A stretch of DNA of 64,000 nucleotides from an uncultured bacterium (lineage in GTDB: Bacteria > Oederibacteriota > JAAXVQ01 > JAUVAV01). Both the position numbers and the translations under genes were made by a program. The stretch's first letter is position 1. Each line of letters begins with the position of its first letter. The stretch lies in contig CAVQBK010000007.1 in assembly GCA_963710755.1 (NCBI GenBank), forward strand, positions 32,001-96,000, in the 5' to 3' direction. Below, piece by piece: positions 9,420 through 19,974 of the stretch. The notes beneath the pieces were generated by a model. It was given only the letters and a program-made list of their open reading frames with translations, searched no databases and was not told the DNA's origin.

Positions 9420-10610
9420 TCAGTCGAAATCTACGTAGAGTTTTCTGAAATCAATGCCACCGATCGTTTGAAATTCGTTTTGGTAAGCAAAATTGATCTT
9501 GTGTTTAGCCTCGAACAAATCAGGGTTGGAACTGCCATTGCTGATGGCCAGATAGGCTTCGATATAGGCGCCCAGCAAATCAGCGGCCTTGACCAGATGA
9601 CCATCACGGGGACAGTAGCGATCGTCATTATAATTTTGGTTGATCTCATCACAGGTCAGGTCTTTGACGATTTGATTATTGAGAATATTGGCGAATTCAT
9701 ATTCCGTGAACAGCCGGAATTCATCGTGCCAGGCAAGGGGGAGCAAGCTGTACACGTCTTTGTTCATGAGTTCTATTTCATAAGCCTTTAACAAAGTGTC
9801 GAGACCCTCCACAGAACGCTTGATGGGGGAGATGATGTCGCGGGTCAATACTTCGGGTAAGTCATGGAAAAGTCCGGTAAAATAGTTGTTGACCATGCGG
9901 CAACGGCAGGCGCCGATTTCCATACTGAAAAGGTAGGAAACAATGGCCACGAACAGCATGTGTCCCATAACTGAGGTTTGGGGGATGCGGTGCAGGTTGG
10001 ACCAACGTTTTTGGAATCGCAACTGTCCACAAAGGTCAAGAAACTTTTTATAACGAAGGTTTTCCATCAAGGCTTTAATGCCGTTCAAATCGGAGTATTT
10101 TTCCTGCTTTTGTTTGAGATCTTGGAGTATATCCTCATTTTCGTAGCCATCAGGATTAAAGCGTTCAATAATGTTGAATTCGAATTTGGTGGCATAAAAG
10201 TGAGCCGCACTTAGAATCCGGCGATTGATGTTGTCTTCGGAAGCTGAAAAATAGTTGGCGAAGCGTTCCACAAAGGGTTCTCCTAAATCGCCGAGCACAG
10301 GGCTTAATTCATTGGCAACCCATTGATTTAGTTGTTGGTAGCGATGGGGATCGGTTTTGATTTTATAAATAATTGGAGGTTTTAAGTCGGTCAGTACGAT
10401 GCGCTGCAACAGTTCGAAAATGCCGCCTTCGATAATTTTGATCCAATCAAAATCAGGATGGTTTTCTTCGAATTTGCCCAGAAAATAAGCGATCACCATT
10501 TTATGGGCTTGTTTGTCCAATTCGGTGAATTCCATGGGCCTGACCTTATCATTCCAGCGTTGAATTGTAGCAGCGTTGAATAGTTTTAACAGAAAGGGCT
10601 TGCGAACCAT
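9420..10610 (-). CDS. HD-domain phosphohydrolase with tandem YfbR-like domains
   Basis: RWN...ELDKQAH in the first domain; RWS...SVMGH...FHDLPEVLTRDI...KAAD in the second. Confidence 0.8.
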   Translation of the reverse strand: MVRKPFLLKLFNAATIQRWNDKVRPMEFTELDKQAHKMVIAYFLGKFEENHPDFDWIKIIEGGIFELLQRIVLTDLKPPIIYKIKTDPHRYQQLNQWVANELSPVLGDLGEPFVERFANYFSASEDNINRRILSAAHFYATKFEFNIIERFNPDGYENEDILQDLKQKQEKYSDLNGIKALMENLRYKKFLDLCGQLRFQKRWSNLHRIPQTSVMGHMLFVAIVSYLFSMEIGACRCRMVNNYFTGLFHDLPEVLTRDIISPIKRSVEGLDTLLKAYEIELMNKDVYSLLPLAWHDEFRLFTEYEFANILNNQIVKDLTCDEINQNYNDDRYCPRDGHLVKAADLLGAYIEAYLAISNGSSNPDLFEAKHKINFAYQNEFQTIGGIDFRKLYVDFD

Positions 10611-10809
10611 GGCGGCCTCCTGGCATGAAGAGGAGTAAAGGCGTTACTCTGAATAAGAGCTAAAACCGAGCTATCAACGTCGACGAAAGCAGAACATTTA
10701 GGTAACCGTCTGGAAAGGGATCGGTCAAAAGCACTGGTCTTTTTATATGGTGTACGTTATCATAAGCTCACGTAAAGCACCAGAATAAAAACATAATTGG
10801 AGAGCACCT

Positions 10810-11418
10810 ATGGATGGACATCAGCTGGATAAGGTGGTTATCGAGACACGGTCAAATGATTATGGGATAGAGACCTTGATTTTAAACCGCTGGTCACCTC
10901 GCGCCTTTCTGGATAAAAAAGTACCCGACGAAGAATGGCGGGCCGTGCTCGATGCTGCACATTGGGCGCCTTCCAGTAACAATGAGCAACCCTGGCGGTT
11001 CCTGGTGGCCAGTCAGCCAGAGACTTTAAAGAAAGTGCAGGCTTGTCTCACCGAAAGGAATCAGCGCTGGGCCAATCGCGCTCCGATTTTGATAGTGGTC
11101 TTGTCCAAACCGGTTTACAGCCGTGACGGCTCTAAGAATCATTGGCACAGTTTTGACGCCGGAGCAGCCTGGGGCTATTTGGCCCTGGAGGCCAAACACC
11201 GGGGCATGATCGCCCATGCCATGGCCGGTTTTTCTCGGGAGAAAGTGATGGAGGCGTGCCGTGTACCCCAAGACTGGGGTCTTCATGCAGTGGTGGCGCT
11301 GGGCTACCAGGCGCCGGCTGACCACTTGCCTGAAGATTTGAAAAAACGGGAAAATCCCAGTTTACGCAAACCCTTGGAAAGCTTGTGGCGTGAGGGTGAG
11401 TTTGATTTTGACCGCTGA
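10810..11418 (+). CDS. Nitroreductase family protein
   Basis: RWSPRAF, WAPSSNNEQPWRF, FDAGAAW. Confidence 0.92.
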   Translation: MDGHQLDKVVIETRSNDYGIETLILNRWSPRAFLDKKVPDEEWRAVLDAAHWAPSSNNEQPWRFLVASQPETLKKVQACLTERNQRWANRAPILIVVLSKPVYSRDGSKNHWHSFDAGAAWGYLALEAKHRGMIAHAMAGFSREKVMEACRVPQDWGLHAVVALGYQAPADHLPEDLKKRENPSLRKPLESLWREGEFDFDR

Positions 11419-11432
11419 ATCTTAGATCGTAC

Positions 11433-11759
11433 TTATTCCTGAAGCGCTTGTTCCAAAGAGGATTGCAGTTCCTCCAAGCCCTTCATTTGATCTTTGGAAA
11501 TGTGGCCGTATATAGAGAGCAACATTAATTCCCATTTGGCTTTGGCGAGGGCATGCTGGCAAAGACTGCGGTATTGTTTCTGATCAGACGCCTGTTGACA
11601 GTGCTGCATTAACCGGTAATAACGGACCACCTGACTGATCAAATCCAGCCATTCTTCCGTATGTTCTTTCGGTAAAATACAAGCGGTCATACTGCAATTG
11701 TGCCACCATTTATCAATGATCGCCGCGGTATTCTGTGGTAATATGGCCATGCTTTGCAT
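11433..11759 (-). CDS. Hypothetical protein, weakly four-helix-bundle-like
   Basis: Helical ORF whose C-terminal WELMLLSIYGHISKDQ resembles four-helix-bundle proteins; start uncertain. Confidence 0.45.
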   Translation of the reverse strand: MQSMAILPQNTAAIIDKWWHNCSMTACILPKEHTEEWLDLISQVVRYYRLMQHCQQASDQKQYRSLCQHALAKAKWELMLLSIYGHISKDQMKGLEELQSSLEQALQE

Positions 11760-11952
11760 TCCCTTATGCCCTCCAAGCCCAATGATATTAACGACCAAAT
11801 TAAGTTTTCGGCAGGGCGCGGTGCTTTCTTAAGGAAAAATGTGAAAAAAACGGGAAAAGATGTTGATAGTTTGTTGAAAACTGTGGATAAATCAGGGTGG
11901 CCATTACCCAGCAAAAATAAATTTACTTAAAAGGCTTAAATTTAGGGATGAA

Positions 11953-12564
11953 ATGAGAATAGATCCATCGCTGCTCAATAATGACCGTGGGGAAAAAAAC
12001 ACCTCTGAACCGGAGTTGCCGCTCATCGTTCTGGCGGCCCTGGGCTTTTTGTGCGTGCTGTTTATAGCGGGTATCGGCTACTTATGGATGACCAGCCCGC
12101 TGGTCGGCATCCGCAGTATACGCCCAGCCGCTTTACCTGTGGTTCAAATAGCAGTGGTTCCATACCAAGGACCGCTGTGGGAATTGGAGAAAAAACGCGT
12201 TCAGGTGAAGGATCGGCTTCAAAACTTGGGTTTGGTTTTGGGGGAGCCCTTCACGATCTATTCCGGCAGTCCCATGCATCTGCGCCCTCTGGAAGTAAAA
12301 GCTCAAGTCGGTTACCTTTTGGCGATAGGCATTGCCGGACGTCAACCGGTTGCGGGGCTCACCATCAAAGCCATCGATCCCGGCCGACGGTTGGTCGTGA
12401 CAGTTGATGGTCATGGCGATTTTACAGGAATAAAAGCCTACAGAGCAGCGCAACGCTATTTGGCTCCCCAGGGTTTGAAACCGGGGGAAGGGGAACGGTA
12501 TGAAGTGAAGCGCATTGAACCCGATGGACGCTCCTGCGTGGAGCACTGGATACCGGTGCGCTAG
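11953..12564 (+). CDS. Membrane-anchored hypothetical protein, possible GyrI-like domain
   Basis: One N-terminal TM segment, PYQGP motif, C-terminal YE...EHWIPV. Confidence 0.55.
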   Translation: MRIDPSLLNNDRGEKNTSEPELPLIVLAALGFLCVLFIAGIGYLWMTSPLVGIRSIRPAALPVVQIAVVPYQGPLWELEKKRVQVKDRLQNLGLVLGEPFTIYSGSPMHLRPLEVKAQVGYLLAIGIAGRQPVAGLTIKAIDPGRRLVVTVDGHGDFTGIKAYRAAQRYLAPQGLKPGEGERYEVKRIEPDGRSCVEHWIPVR

Positions 12565-12602
12565 CGAAAGTGATAGGGTCTGGCCAAAATATTGGCGTTG
12601 AC

Positions 12603-12908
12603 TTAACCGGAAACCTGGTAACCCTTGGCTAATAACATGGGTCTGATTTTTTCACGGAAGTCGCCTTGGATTTCTAAATGATGATCTTTGACGGTGCCAC
12701 CAGTACCGCATTTTGATTTGATTTCCTTACCCAACTCTTTCAGGCTCTCGTCGGAGAGTGCCAATCGTTCGATCACCGTTACCATTTTCCCGCCCCGGCC
12801 TTTTTTTTCTATACGCATCAGGGCTTTGCCGCGGCCTGGTGCTTTTTTTTGCGCTTGCTGTTTGGGGTTGCTCGGATCGCTGTAGACTAAACGGTGGTTT
12901 GTGTCCAT
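12603..12908 (-). CDS. yciH: SUI1/eIF1-like translation factor YciH
   Basis: LVYS, KKGRGGKMVTVI, KCGTGGTVKD, LEIQGD. Confidence 0.92.
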   Translation of the reverse strand: MDTNHRLVYSDPSNPKQQAQKKAPGRGKALMRIEKKGRGGKMVTVIERLALSDESLKELGKEIKSKCGTGGTVKDHHLEIQGDFREKIRPMLLAKGYQVSG

Positions 12909-12936
12909 GAAGATCACCTCGTTGATAAACTATAAT

Positions 12937-12982
12937 CGTTCCCATTCATGGTCAGAGCTTGTCCCGGCCATGAATGGGAACG
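12937..12982. repeat. REP-like inverted repeat
   Basis: CGTTCCCATTCATGG ... CCATGAATGGGAACG, 15-bp perfect arms. Confidence 0.6.
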
Positions 12983-13054
12983 TATTAAAAGATCTCAAAA
13001 TATATGATCATAATCAACTATTATAAAAAAGAATCATAAACTATTAAAAAAATA

Positions 13055-13083
13055 TTGACACATTAAAAATAATAAATTATAAA
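13055..13083 (+). promoter_or_regulatory. sigma70-type promoter of the Rrf2-cysK operon
   Basis: TTGACA-N17-TATAAA in an AT-rich gap. Confidence 0.7.
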
Positions 13084-13129
13084 AATCATGATATTTGTAT
13101 AAGTATACCTCACTATAAAGGATAAAAAA

Positions 13130-13576
13130 ATGAGAATATCTACCAAAGGACGTTATGCAGTCAGAGCATTGGTTGAATTGGCTACCCAGGAAATGGACAA
13201 ACCCATTATGTTGTCCCAGATCGCCCACAACCAGGATATTCCCCAACGTTATCTGATCCAGATTTTCAGCTCTCTGCGTAAAAGCGGGCTGGTTAACAGC
13301 ATACGCGGGGCCAAGGGTGGCTTTCAGCTGGGTAAAAAAGCTTCGGACATCACCTTGGAGGACATCATTGCTTCCGCAGAAGGCCCGATTGAATTGGTGG
13401 CTTGTGTACCGGAGAAAGAGGAGGATTGTGGCCGCATTGCCGAGTGTTCCACCCGCAGTATCTGGCAACGCGTCAACAATGATGTCAAAGCCGTATTCCG
13501 AAAAATTACTTTGGATGAAATGGTCACCCTTCAGCTGGATGTCACCACATGCCGTGATAGTAATTATCAGATTTGA
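13130..13576 (+). CDS. Rrf2 family regulator (CymR/IscR-like)
   Basis: MRISTKGRYAVRAL, RGAKGGF, three clustered Cys (C-x7-C-x5-C). Confidence 0.92.
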   Translation: MRISTKGRYAVRALVELATQEMDKPIMLSQIAHNQDIPQRYLIQIFSSLRKSGLVNSIRGAKGGFQLGKKASDITLEDIIASAEGPIELVACVPEKEEDCGRIAECSTRSIWQRVNNDVKAVFRKITLDEMVTLQLDVTTCRDSNYQI

Positions 13577-13592
13577 CAAGGGGAGGTAGGCA

Positions 13593-14522
13593 ATGAGTAT
13601 CAAAAACACTATATTGGAATTGATCGGCAATACCCCTATGGTACGGCTTGGGAAGATCGCGATGGACAGCCAGGCAGAGGTGGTGGTTAAGCTTGAATCT
13701 TTTAATCCCTGTTCCAGCGTAAAGGATCGCATTACCAGTGCCATGATCGAAGCGGCAGAACGCTTGGGACAATTGAAACCTGGGGGCACAGTCATTGAGC
13801 CTACCAGTGGTAATACGGGCATTGGTTTGGCCATGGTTTGCGCGATCAAAGGGTATCGCTTAATTCTGACCATGCCCGACACCATGAGCATTGAACGCCG
13901 CCAAATTCTGAGTACTTTGGGGGCTCAGTTAATTTTAACCCCCGGGTCGGAAGGCATGAAAGGCGCTGTGAAAAAAGCGGAAGAATTACTCCGCACTCAA
14001 TCAGGTGCCATCATGCCTCAGCAATTTATTAATCCCGCCAATCCCGAAGTTCATCGCAAGACCACGGCTGAGGAAATCTGGCAGGACTGCGAAGGCAGGG
14101 TGGATGTGGTGGTGGTTGGCGTGGGCACGGGCGGCACTTTGACAGGTGTGGGGGAGGCTCTGAAAAAACGTAATCCAGCACTGACAATTGTTGCCGTGGA
14201 GCCGGCTTCTTCGTCAGTACTCTCCGGTGGGCAGCCCGGTCCGCATAAGATTCAAGGCATAGGCGCCGGGTTTGTGCCCAAAGTGTTGAACCAGGACATT
14301 ATTGATGAAATCATCAAGGTGCAAGATGAGGATGCTGGGGAAACAGCCCGGCGCCTGGCCAGAGAAGAAGGTATCTTGGGCGGCATTTCCTCGGGCGCCA
14401 ATGTCTGGGCTGCTTTGCAGGTGGCCGGACGTCCTGAAAATAAGGGCAAACGGGTGGTGACCTTTATTTGTGATACCGGCGAACGTTATTTGTCCACTTG
14501 GGCCTTCAGGCAGCCGGCCTAA
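13593..14522 (+). CDS. cysK: Cysteine synthase A
   Basis: [30 protein letters not shown]. Confidence 0.96.
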   Translation: MSIKNTILELIGNTPMVRLGKIAMDSQAEVVVKLESFNPCSSVKDRITSAMIEAAERLGQLKPGGTVIEPTSGNTGIGLAMVCAIKGYRLILTMPDTMSIERRQILSTLGAQLILTPGSEGMKGAVKKAEELLRTQSGAIMPQQFINPANPEVHRKTTAEEIWQDCEGRVDVVVVGVGTGGTLTGVGEALKKRNPALTIVAVEPASSSVLSGGQPGPHKIQGIGAGFVPKVLNQDIIDEIIKVQDEDAGETARRLAREEGILGGISSGANVWAALQVAGRPENKGKRVVTFICDTGERYLSTWAFRQPA

Positions 14523-14578
14523 AGCAATTGCCTCAGAGAAGCACGGCAAGATTCAGCCAGTAAAAAGGAGAACCAATC

Positions 14579-15868
14579 ATGTCCACTTATCGCTTTGAAA
14601 CAAAAGTGTTGCATGCCGGGCAAGAACCAGATGTCCTCACCAGTTCCAGGGCAGTACCCATTTATCGTACCAGCAGTTATACGTTTCGTGATACCAAGCA
14701 CGCCTCCGACCTCTTTGCGCTTAAAGAGCTGGGCAACATTTATACGCGCCTCATGAATCCCACTCAGGATGTTCTGGAAAAACGGTTGGCCGAATTGGAA
14801 GGCGGGGCCGCAGCCCTGGCCTTGAGTTCCGGTACGGCGGCTATTTTCAATGCGGTGATTAATGTGGCTTCCGCAGGGGATGAAATCGTATCCTCCAGCT
14901 ACCTTTATGGCGGCACCTTCACCATGTTCGATTCCATTTTGCCACAGTTGGGCATTAACGTCAAAATGGTGGATCCGAAAAATCCTGATCAGTTTAAAGC
15001 CGCCATAACTGATAAAACCAAGGCGATCTTTGTGGAGACTATCGGCAATCCTACTTTGGAAGTGGTGGATTTGGAAGCGGTCTCAGCCATTGCCCGCGCG
15101 GCCCATGTGCCCTTAATAGTGGATTCTACCTTTACCACGCCCTATTTGCTGCGCCCCCTGGAACATGGCGCGGACATTGTTATCCACTCCCTGACCAAAT
15201 GGATTGGCGGACACGGCACCGGCTTGGGCGGAATAGTGGTGGACAGTGGTAAGTTTGATTGGACCGATCCCAAGTTCAAACTCTACAATGAACCCGATGG
15301 TGGTTATCATGGCTTGCGTTTTGCCACTGATTTGGGTCCGCTCTCCCCGCTGGCCTATATTTTAAGAATGCGGCTGGTCCCGTTGCGGAATCTCGGGGCC
15401 TGTATTTCGCCGGACAATGCCTGGCTCTTTATCCAAGGGTTGGAAACTCTGCCGCTGCGTATGGCCCGCCATTGTGAGAATAGTCTGGCCGTCGCCAAGC
15501 ATTTAGAAAATCATCCCGCGGTGAGTTGGGTCCGTTATCCCGGGCTGCCTGCCGATCCGACCCATGACAATGCCCGCAAATACCTCAAACAAGGTTATGG
15601 CAGTGTGGTGGTGTTTGGCATTAAAGGCGGATCCGCGGCCGGACAAAAATTTATCGAGGCCTTAAAACTCTTCTCCCATCTGGCCAATGTGGGTGATGCC
15701 AAGAGCCTGGCTATCCATCCAGCTTCCACGACCCACAGCCAATTAACGGAAGAACAGCAAAGCAGCAGTGGCATCACGCCGGATCTAATCCGACTCTCGG
15801 TGGGTATCGAACACCTTGATGATATCGTGGAAGATATTGACCAAGCTCTGAAAGTGGCTGGTGCCTAA
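14579..15868 (+). CDS. metY: O-acetylhomoserine aminocarboxypropyltransferase / sulfhydrylase
   Basis: GNIYTRLMNPT, HSLTKWIGGHG, ANVGDAKSL, IHPASTTH. Confidence 0.93.
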   Translation: MSTYRFETKVLHAGQEPDVLTSSRAVPIYRTSSYTFRDTKHASDLFALKELGNIYTRLMNPTQDVLEKRLAELEGGAAALALSSGTAAIFNAVINVASAGDEIVSSSYLYGGTFTMFDSILPQLGINVKMVDPKNPDQFKAAITDKTKAIFVETIGNPTLEVVDLEAVSAIARAAHVPLIVDSTFTTPYLLRPLEHGADIVIHSLTKWIGGHGTGLGGIVVDSGKFDWTDPKFKLYNEPDGGYHGLRFATDLGPLSPLAYILRMRLVPLRNLGACISPDNAWLFIQGLETLPLRMARHCENSLAVAKHLENHPAVSWVRYPGLPADPTHDNARKYLKQGYGSVVVFGIKGGSAAGQKFIEALKLFSHLANVGDAKSLAIHPASTTHSQLTEEQQSSSGITPDLIRLSVGIEHLDDIVEDIDQALKVAGA

Positions 15869-15935
15869 AAGCGCGTTGGGGTGAAGTTGGTACCCAAGCC
15901 CGGAAAAAGTTACTCGGAAGTTGGGAAACATTAAC

Positions 15936-16928
15936 ATGAAAGCCATTGCCTTATATTCGGGTGGATTGGACAGTACCCTGGCCATTGCTTTAATAGAACG
16001 GCTGGGGATAGAGGTGCAACCCATCATCTATACGTCACCCTTCGGAGACCGTCACGGTCCGGAAGGATGGCAAAAAAAAGCGGATCAAGTACGCCGGGAA
16101 TTCCAGAAAGAGCTGCTGATGATTCCATTTGACGAGGAACTCATCGGCTTGGTAAAGCAGCCTCATTTTGGGTGGGGTAAACATCTGAATCCCTGCATTG
16201 ATTGTCATCTGCAGATGCTCAGGAAGTCCCGGCAGGTCTTAAAGGAGCAGGGGGCGGATTTTGTGATTACCGGCGAAGTGCTGGGTCAACGGCCTATGAG
16301 TCAGAACAAAGCAGCCTTGGAATTGATCGACCGGGAATGCGGTTTGGAAGGATTACTGCTCAGACCGTTGTCCGCCAAAGTACTGTCACCCACTATTCCA
16401 GAGCAAAAAGGCTGGGTGGACCGGACCCAATTGCTGGATTTGCAAGGCCGAAGCCGCAAACCGCAGCTGGCCCTTGCCCGCGCCTGGGGTCTGCAGCATT
16501 ATGGATCCCCGGCTGGCGGATGCTTATTGACGGATGAGCATTTTTCCAAAAAAGTTAAAAACCTCATGGAAGCCGACATGCTGGAGCCGTCCAATGTTTG
16601 GTGGATTCAGCCCGGCCGTTACTTTAATTTAAACGAGCAGTGCAAGCTTATGGTTGCCCGCAATGAAGATGAATGCCGGCGACTGGAAGAATTAGTACAT
16701 CCTCAGGATATCGTACTCAAGCCTAAAAGCGTGCCTGGCCCCACCGCTGTACTGCGCGGCTCCGGGTGCAGGGCTTTTGTTCAGCAAGCAGGTGATATTG
16801 TCGGTTATTTTTCAAAAACCTCCGAAGGCTGTGATGTCTTGGTGACCTTTCCGGGAGAAGTCGAAGAGGTGACCATCATCACCCGCGCTATGGATGAAGC
16901 CCAACTGCATGCTTATATGATTGCTTAA
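15936..16928 (+). CDS. ThiI/MnmA-like PP-loop tRNA thiouridylase (DUF814-associated type)
   Basis: SGGLDS PP-loop, NPCIDC, TGEVLGQRPMSQ, PAGGCLLTD. Confidence 0.8.
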   Translation: MKAIALYSGGLDSTLAIALIERLGIEVQPIIYTSPFGDRHGPEGWQKKADQVRREFQKELLMIPFDEELIGLVKQPHFGWGKHLNPCIDCHLQMLRKSRQVLKEQGADFVITGEVLGQRPMSQNKAALELIDRECGLEGLLLRPLSAKVLSPTIPEQKGWVDRTQLLDLQGRSRKPQLALARAWGLQHYGSPAGGCLLTDEHFSKKVKNLMEADMLEPSNVWWIQPGRYFNLNEQCKLMVARNEDECRRLEELVHPQDIVLKPKSVPGPTAVLRGSGCRAFVQQAGDIVGYFSKTSEGCDVLVTFPGEVEEVTIITRAMDEAQLHAYMIA

Positions 16929-17109
16929 AAGTGATTATTTTCTGTTTTGTCCTTCTTCCATTGGCCTGTCATCCTACCAGCGTTTCTGTATATGGGTAAT
17001 GAAAATGGTGCCCTCCATCCAGTATCGTGCCTGGCAAATAAGGTGAATATCTTGGCGGTCATCACGCGGAGAGTCTAAAAGGGATCCTGAGTTTTTAATC
17101 CAAGGGCTG

Positions 17110-17142
17110 CTGGTTTCCGGCTAAAACCGAGCCGGAATAACC
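17110..17142. repeat. REP-like palindrome (TTCCGGC...GCCGGAA class)
   Basis: CTGGTTTCCGGCTAAAACCGAGCCGGAATAACC, followed by a second hairpin at 17145-17174. Confidence 0.5.
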
Positions 17143-17245
17143 AACATGGTTATTCATAGTATTAATGAGCCATGACACTTGGTGTTAACAAAATACAAAA
17201 CCGCAGTCCGGGCAGGCAACCGGTGCTGGGAGGGAGGGGTTGGCC

Positions 17246-18046
17246 ATGGCGCTTAGTGATCAACAATTGGAACGTTATGCCCGCCAGATTATCCTGAAAG
17301 GGTTTGGCATCGAAGGCCAACAACGATTGTTAGCATCCTCCGTGCTGATCATAGGTGCCGGTGGCTTGGGTTCGGCCATGGCCCAATATTTGGCAGCGGC
17401 CGGCATTGGCCGCATTGGCTTGGTGGACAAGGATGTGGTGGAATTGTCCAACCTGCAGCGCCAAATTCTTCATTACACTCCTGATGTGGGACAGCGTAAA
17501 GTTGATTCAGCTTCGAAAAAAATCAAGCAGCTCAATCCCGATGTTCATGTCGACCTTTATCCAGTTTGTGTCAGGGCGGACAACATTCTGGGGATCATCA
17601 AGCCCTATGATTTTATCCTTGATGCGGTGGATAATTTTGCCGGAAAATTTTTGATCAATGATGCTTGCGTGCTGGCGGGTAAACCCTTTTGTCATGCCGG
17701 TATTTCCGGTTGGGACGGGCAGTTATTTACCTATTTGCCCGACGGCCATAGCGCCTGCTATCGCTGTTTGTTCAAAGCGCCGCCAATACAGGATGTAGGC
17801 CCAGACTGTAAACCCAATAGTGTGCTGGGTGCAGTAGCCGGGGTGATCGGACTGCTGCAGGCCGAAGAAGCGATAAAATATTTCTTACAACAAGGAACTC
17901 TGCTGACCAACCGGCTTTTAATCCATCAAGGGCAGCAAGCCCGTTTTCGCGAAATGGCCTTCCAGCGTCAGGCTGACTGCCCGATCTGTGGTGGTCATCC
18001 CACTATTTTAGAAGTGCAGGACGAAGGACCGGTTCCAGCCGGTTAG
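17246..18046 (+). CDS. ThiF/MoeB/HesA family adenylyltransferase
   Basis: RYARQI, GAGGLG, SNLQRQ, CYRC and CPIC zinc motifs. Confidence 0.92.
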   Translation: MALSDQQLERYARQIILKGFGIEGQQRLLASSVLIIGAGGLGSAMAQYLAAAGIGRIGLVDKDVVELSNLQRQILHYTPDVGQRKVDSASKKIKQLNPDVHVDLYPVCVRADNILGIIKPYDFILDAVDNFAGKFLINDACVLAGKPFCHAGISGWDGQLFTYLPDGHSACYRCLFKAPPIQDVGPDCKPNSVLGAVAGVIGLLQAEEAIKYFLQQGTLLTNRLLIHQGQQARFREMAFQRQADCPICGGHPTILEVQDEGPVPAG

Positions 18047-18189
18047 ATTATATTATAAAAGGGACGCCTTTGCCCTGAGCCATCCTGAGTAGAGTCTGCG
18101 GCTTGACCATAGAAGACGTTTTTCTTTTTATTTTGCGTTGGACACGAACGGCTACTTAAGGATAAAATCAATTATCAACCTGGGGGAAC

Positions 18190-18711
18190 ATGATGATGCG
18201 TGAACCTTATACGCTGGACGTCAAACCCGTTGGCGAAGATAAAAAACATGCCCGCTATTTATTGTGGTCAGGGCTGACTATTCTTGCGGCGGGAATTATC
18301 ATTCTCCTCGCTCCGGAAGCCTTGAATTGGATATTGGCCGTTCTGATTGTGCTTTTTGGGTTATTGCAATTGCTGATCATCCGCTGGCAGGGACCTCTTT
18401 TTAATCAGACTACCGGCTGGCTGACTATAGGCTTCGGCCTGCTGGTGTTTTTATTTCCTCAAATGCTCAATTACCTTATCATAATTGCTTTCATAGGTTT
18501 GACTCTGCTTTTTACCTTTTTATTATTGGCCGTTAATGCGTCTTTATGGACAGGCGTGCTGCTGGTGCTGGCGCTGGTAGGTGGATTGATGATGTGGATG
18601 TTTCCTTTGTCGCTTAACATTGTTTTTGCAGTTTATTTGGTGGTGGCGGGGGTGGAGCAGCTTTTAATGAGTTGGCGCACCTATTACCGTTGGCAATGGC
18701 AGGGACGCTGA
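18190..18711 (+). CDS. Integral membrane protein (DUF308/DUF3096-like repeats)
   Basis: About six TM helices with three repeated P-x2-LN motifs. Confidence 0.6.
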   Translation: MMMREPYTLDVKPVGEDKKHARYLLWSGLTILAAGIIILLAPEALNWILAVLIVLFGLLQLLIIRWQGPLFNQTTGWLTIGFGLLVFLFPQMLNYLIIIAFIGLTLLFTFLLLAVNASLWTGVLLVLALVGGLMMWMFPLSLNIVFAVYLVVAGVEQLLMSWRTYYRWQWQGR

Positions 18712-18720
18712 GAAAGGGAG

Positions 18721-19170
18721 ATGATCCAATTGGACCAACAGGAAAAAAGGTCTTACCGGCGGCTGCCGTTGAAATTGGCAGCCTATTGCCAGGAATTGAT
18801 CAAGGGTGGTCACGGCCGGGAAAGCCGGACCTTTACCAGCGATATCAGTGCCGGCGGTGTTGGGCTGACCTTAAATAAGAAAATCAGTGCCCAGCAACTG
18901 GTGCTTTTAAAAGTAGGGTTGCCGGCCGGAAACAAGAAAGGTTATCAACTGTCGGCAGAGCCTAATCAGGAGTCGTCCAGTGCGGAAGCCACCTTCTTGT
19001 CCCGCGTGGTTTGGACTGAGATGCTCTCAGAAAACGAGTATCGCTATGGGCTGGTCTTTTTAGATATTACCCTGGACGGCCGCTATTATTTCGAAAAATT
19101 TTTACAGGATTATGAATTGGAATGGCAGTATTGTCCCTTGTGCAATGATAGCAGCCTGCCGTTGACGTAA
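18721..19170 (+). CDS. PilZ domain protein
   Basis: EKRSYRR (RxxxR), DISAGG, VVW...YGLVF. Confidence 0.85.
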   Translation: MIQLDQQEKRSYRRLPLKLAAYCQELIKGGHGRESRTFTSDISAGGVGLTLNKKISAQQLVLLKVGLPAGNKKGYQLSAEPNQESSSAEATFLSRVVWTEMLSENEYRYGLVFLDITLDGRYYFEKFLQDYELEWQYCPLCNDSSLPLT

Positions 19171-19308
19171 ACACGGCGATTTTCGGCATTTCAATTGCGC
19201 TCTTAAGCACCATCTCCGACTGGCTGGGGATGGTATTTTGTTAACCAGGTGAAGAGCCTGGGGCTCCCGGCTGGACGTGGCCCAAGTTAAGGCGAACAGG
19301 ACTATACA

Positions 19309-19337
19309 TTGAAATGCCTAAATTAATGTGCTACACT
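19309..19337 (+). promoter_or_regulatory. sigma70-type promoter of the second PilZ gene
   Basis: TTGAAA-N17-TACACT. Confidence 0.5.
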
Positions 19338-19368
19338 TAGGAAAGGTCAATAGGAGGTCAGCGGTAGC

Positions 19369-19803
19369 ATGGATACAAACAAAGATGTTGAGTATAGTGA
19401 AAAACGCAGATTTCCGAGAGAAGATTTAAAGCTGTGGGTTCATTTTAAAACGATCAGCCACGGTAAAATTTCAGCACCGCTGGAAAGTTTGAGCGCCAAC
19501 ATCGGCTCCGGCGGGGTGGGATTGATCACGGACCAGGAACTTGAAATTGGCCAGATGTTAATGCTGACCTTGTATCTGCCACCGGAAGAAAGCAGAAAAA
19601 CGGCGGAGGATACTTTGATTTTTGAAGAAAATATGTGTATTCCCATTTCTGTGTTGGCCAAAGTGGCTTGGTGTAAAAAAACAGGTGATGATGAATACCG
19701 TTTTGGTGTGCAGTTTGTGGAACTCGATGATTATAGCCGTTCCCTTTTGAAATTATATTTAAAACATTACAATTTATACTCTGAAAATTCTCCGTTGTTT
19801 TAA
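19369..19803 (+). CDS. PilZ domain protein
   Basis: EKRRFPR, NIGSGG, VAW...FGVQF. Confidence 0.85.
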   Translation: MDTNKDVEYSEKRRFPREDLKLWVHFKTISHGKISAPLESLSANIGSGGVGLITDQELEIGQMLMLTLYLPPEESRKTAEDTLIFEENMCIPISVLAKVAWCKKTGDDEYRFGVQFVELDDYSRSLLKLYLKHYNLYSENSPLF

Positions 19804-19845
19804 TCATTTCCCGGGGACTTGCCCCATGTGACGTGAAAGGATTGG

Positions 19846-19874
19846 AAAAGCATCCGTCTTCAGGGTGTTTTTTT
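19846..19874 (+). terminator. Rho-independent terminator
   Basis: AAAAGCATCC-loop-GGGTGTTTTTTT hairpin with T-run. Confidence 0.55.
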
Positions 19875-19974
19875 ATTTGGTAAAGGTTAATAGCCCGCCT
19901 CGGCGGGAACAATTCATTCCCTCCCAACCGACAACAATTCAAAGGCAATAGTAAAACCTCCTCAGGAGGATGTG

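Noticed and set aside
13034-13891. 285-aa antisense ORF and the many other overlapping ORFs in the track (e.g. 24290-24916, 29129-29842, 58576-59319)
   Set aside because: They are shadow frames of well-supported genes on the other strand or frame.
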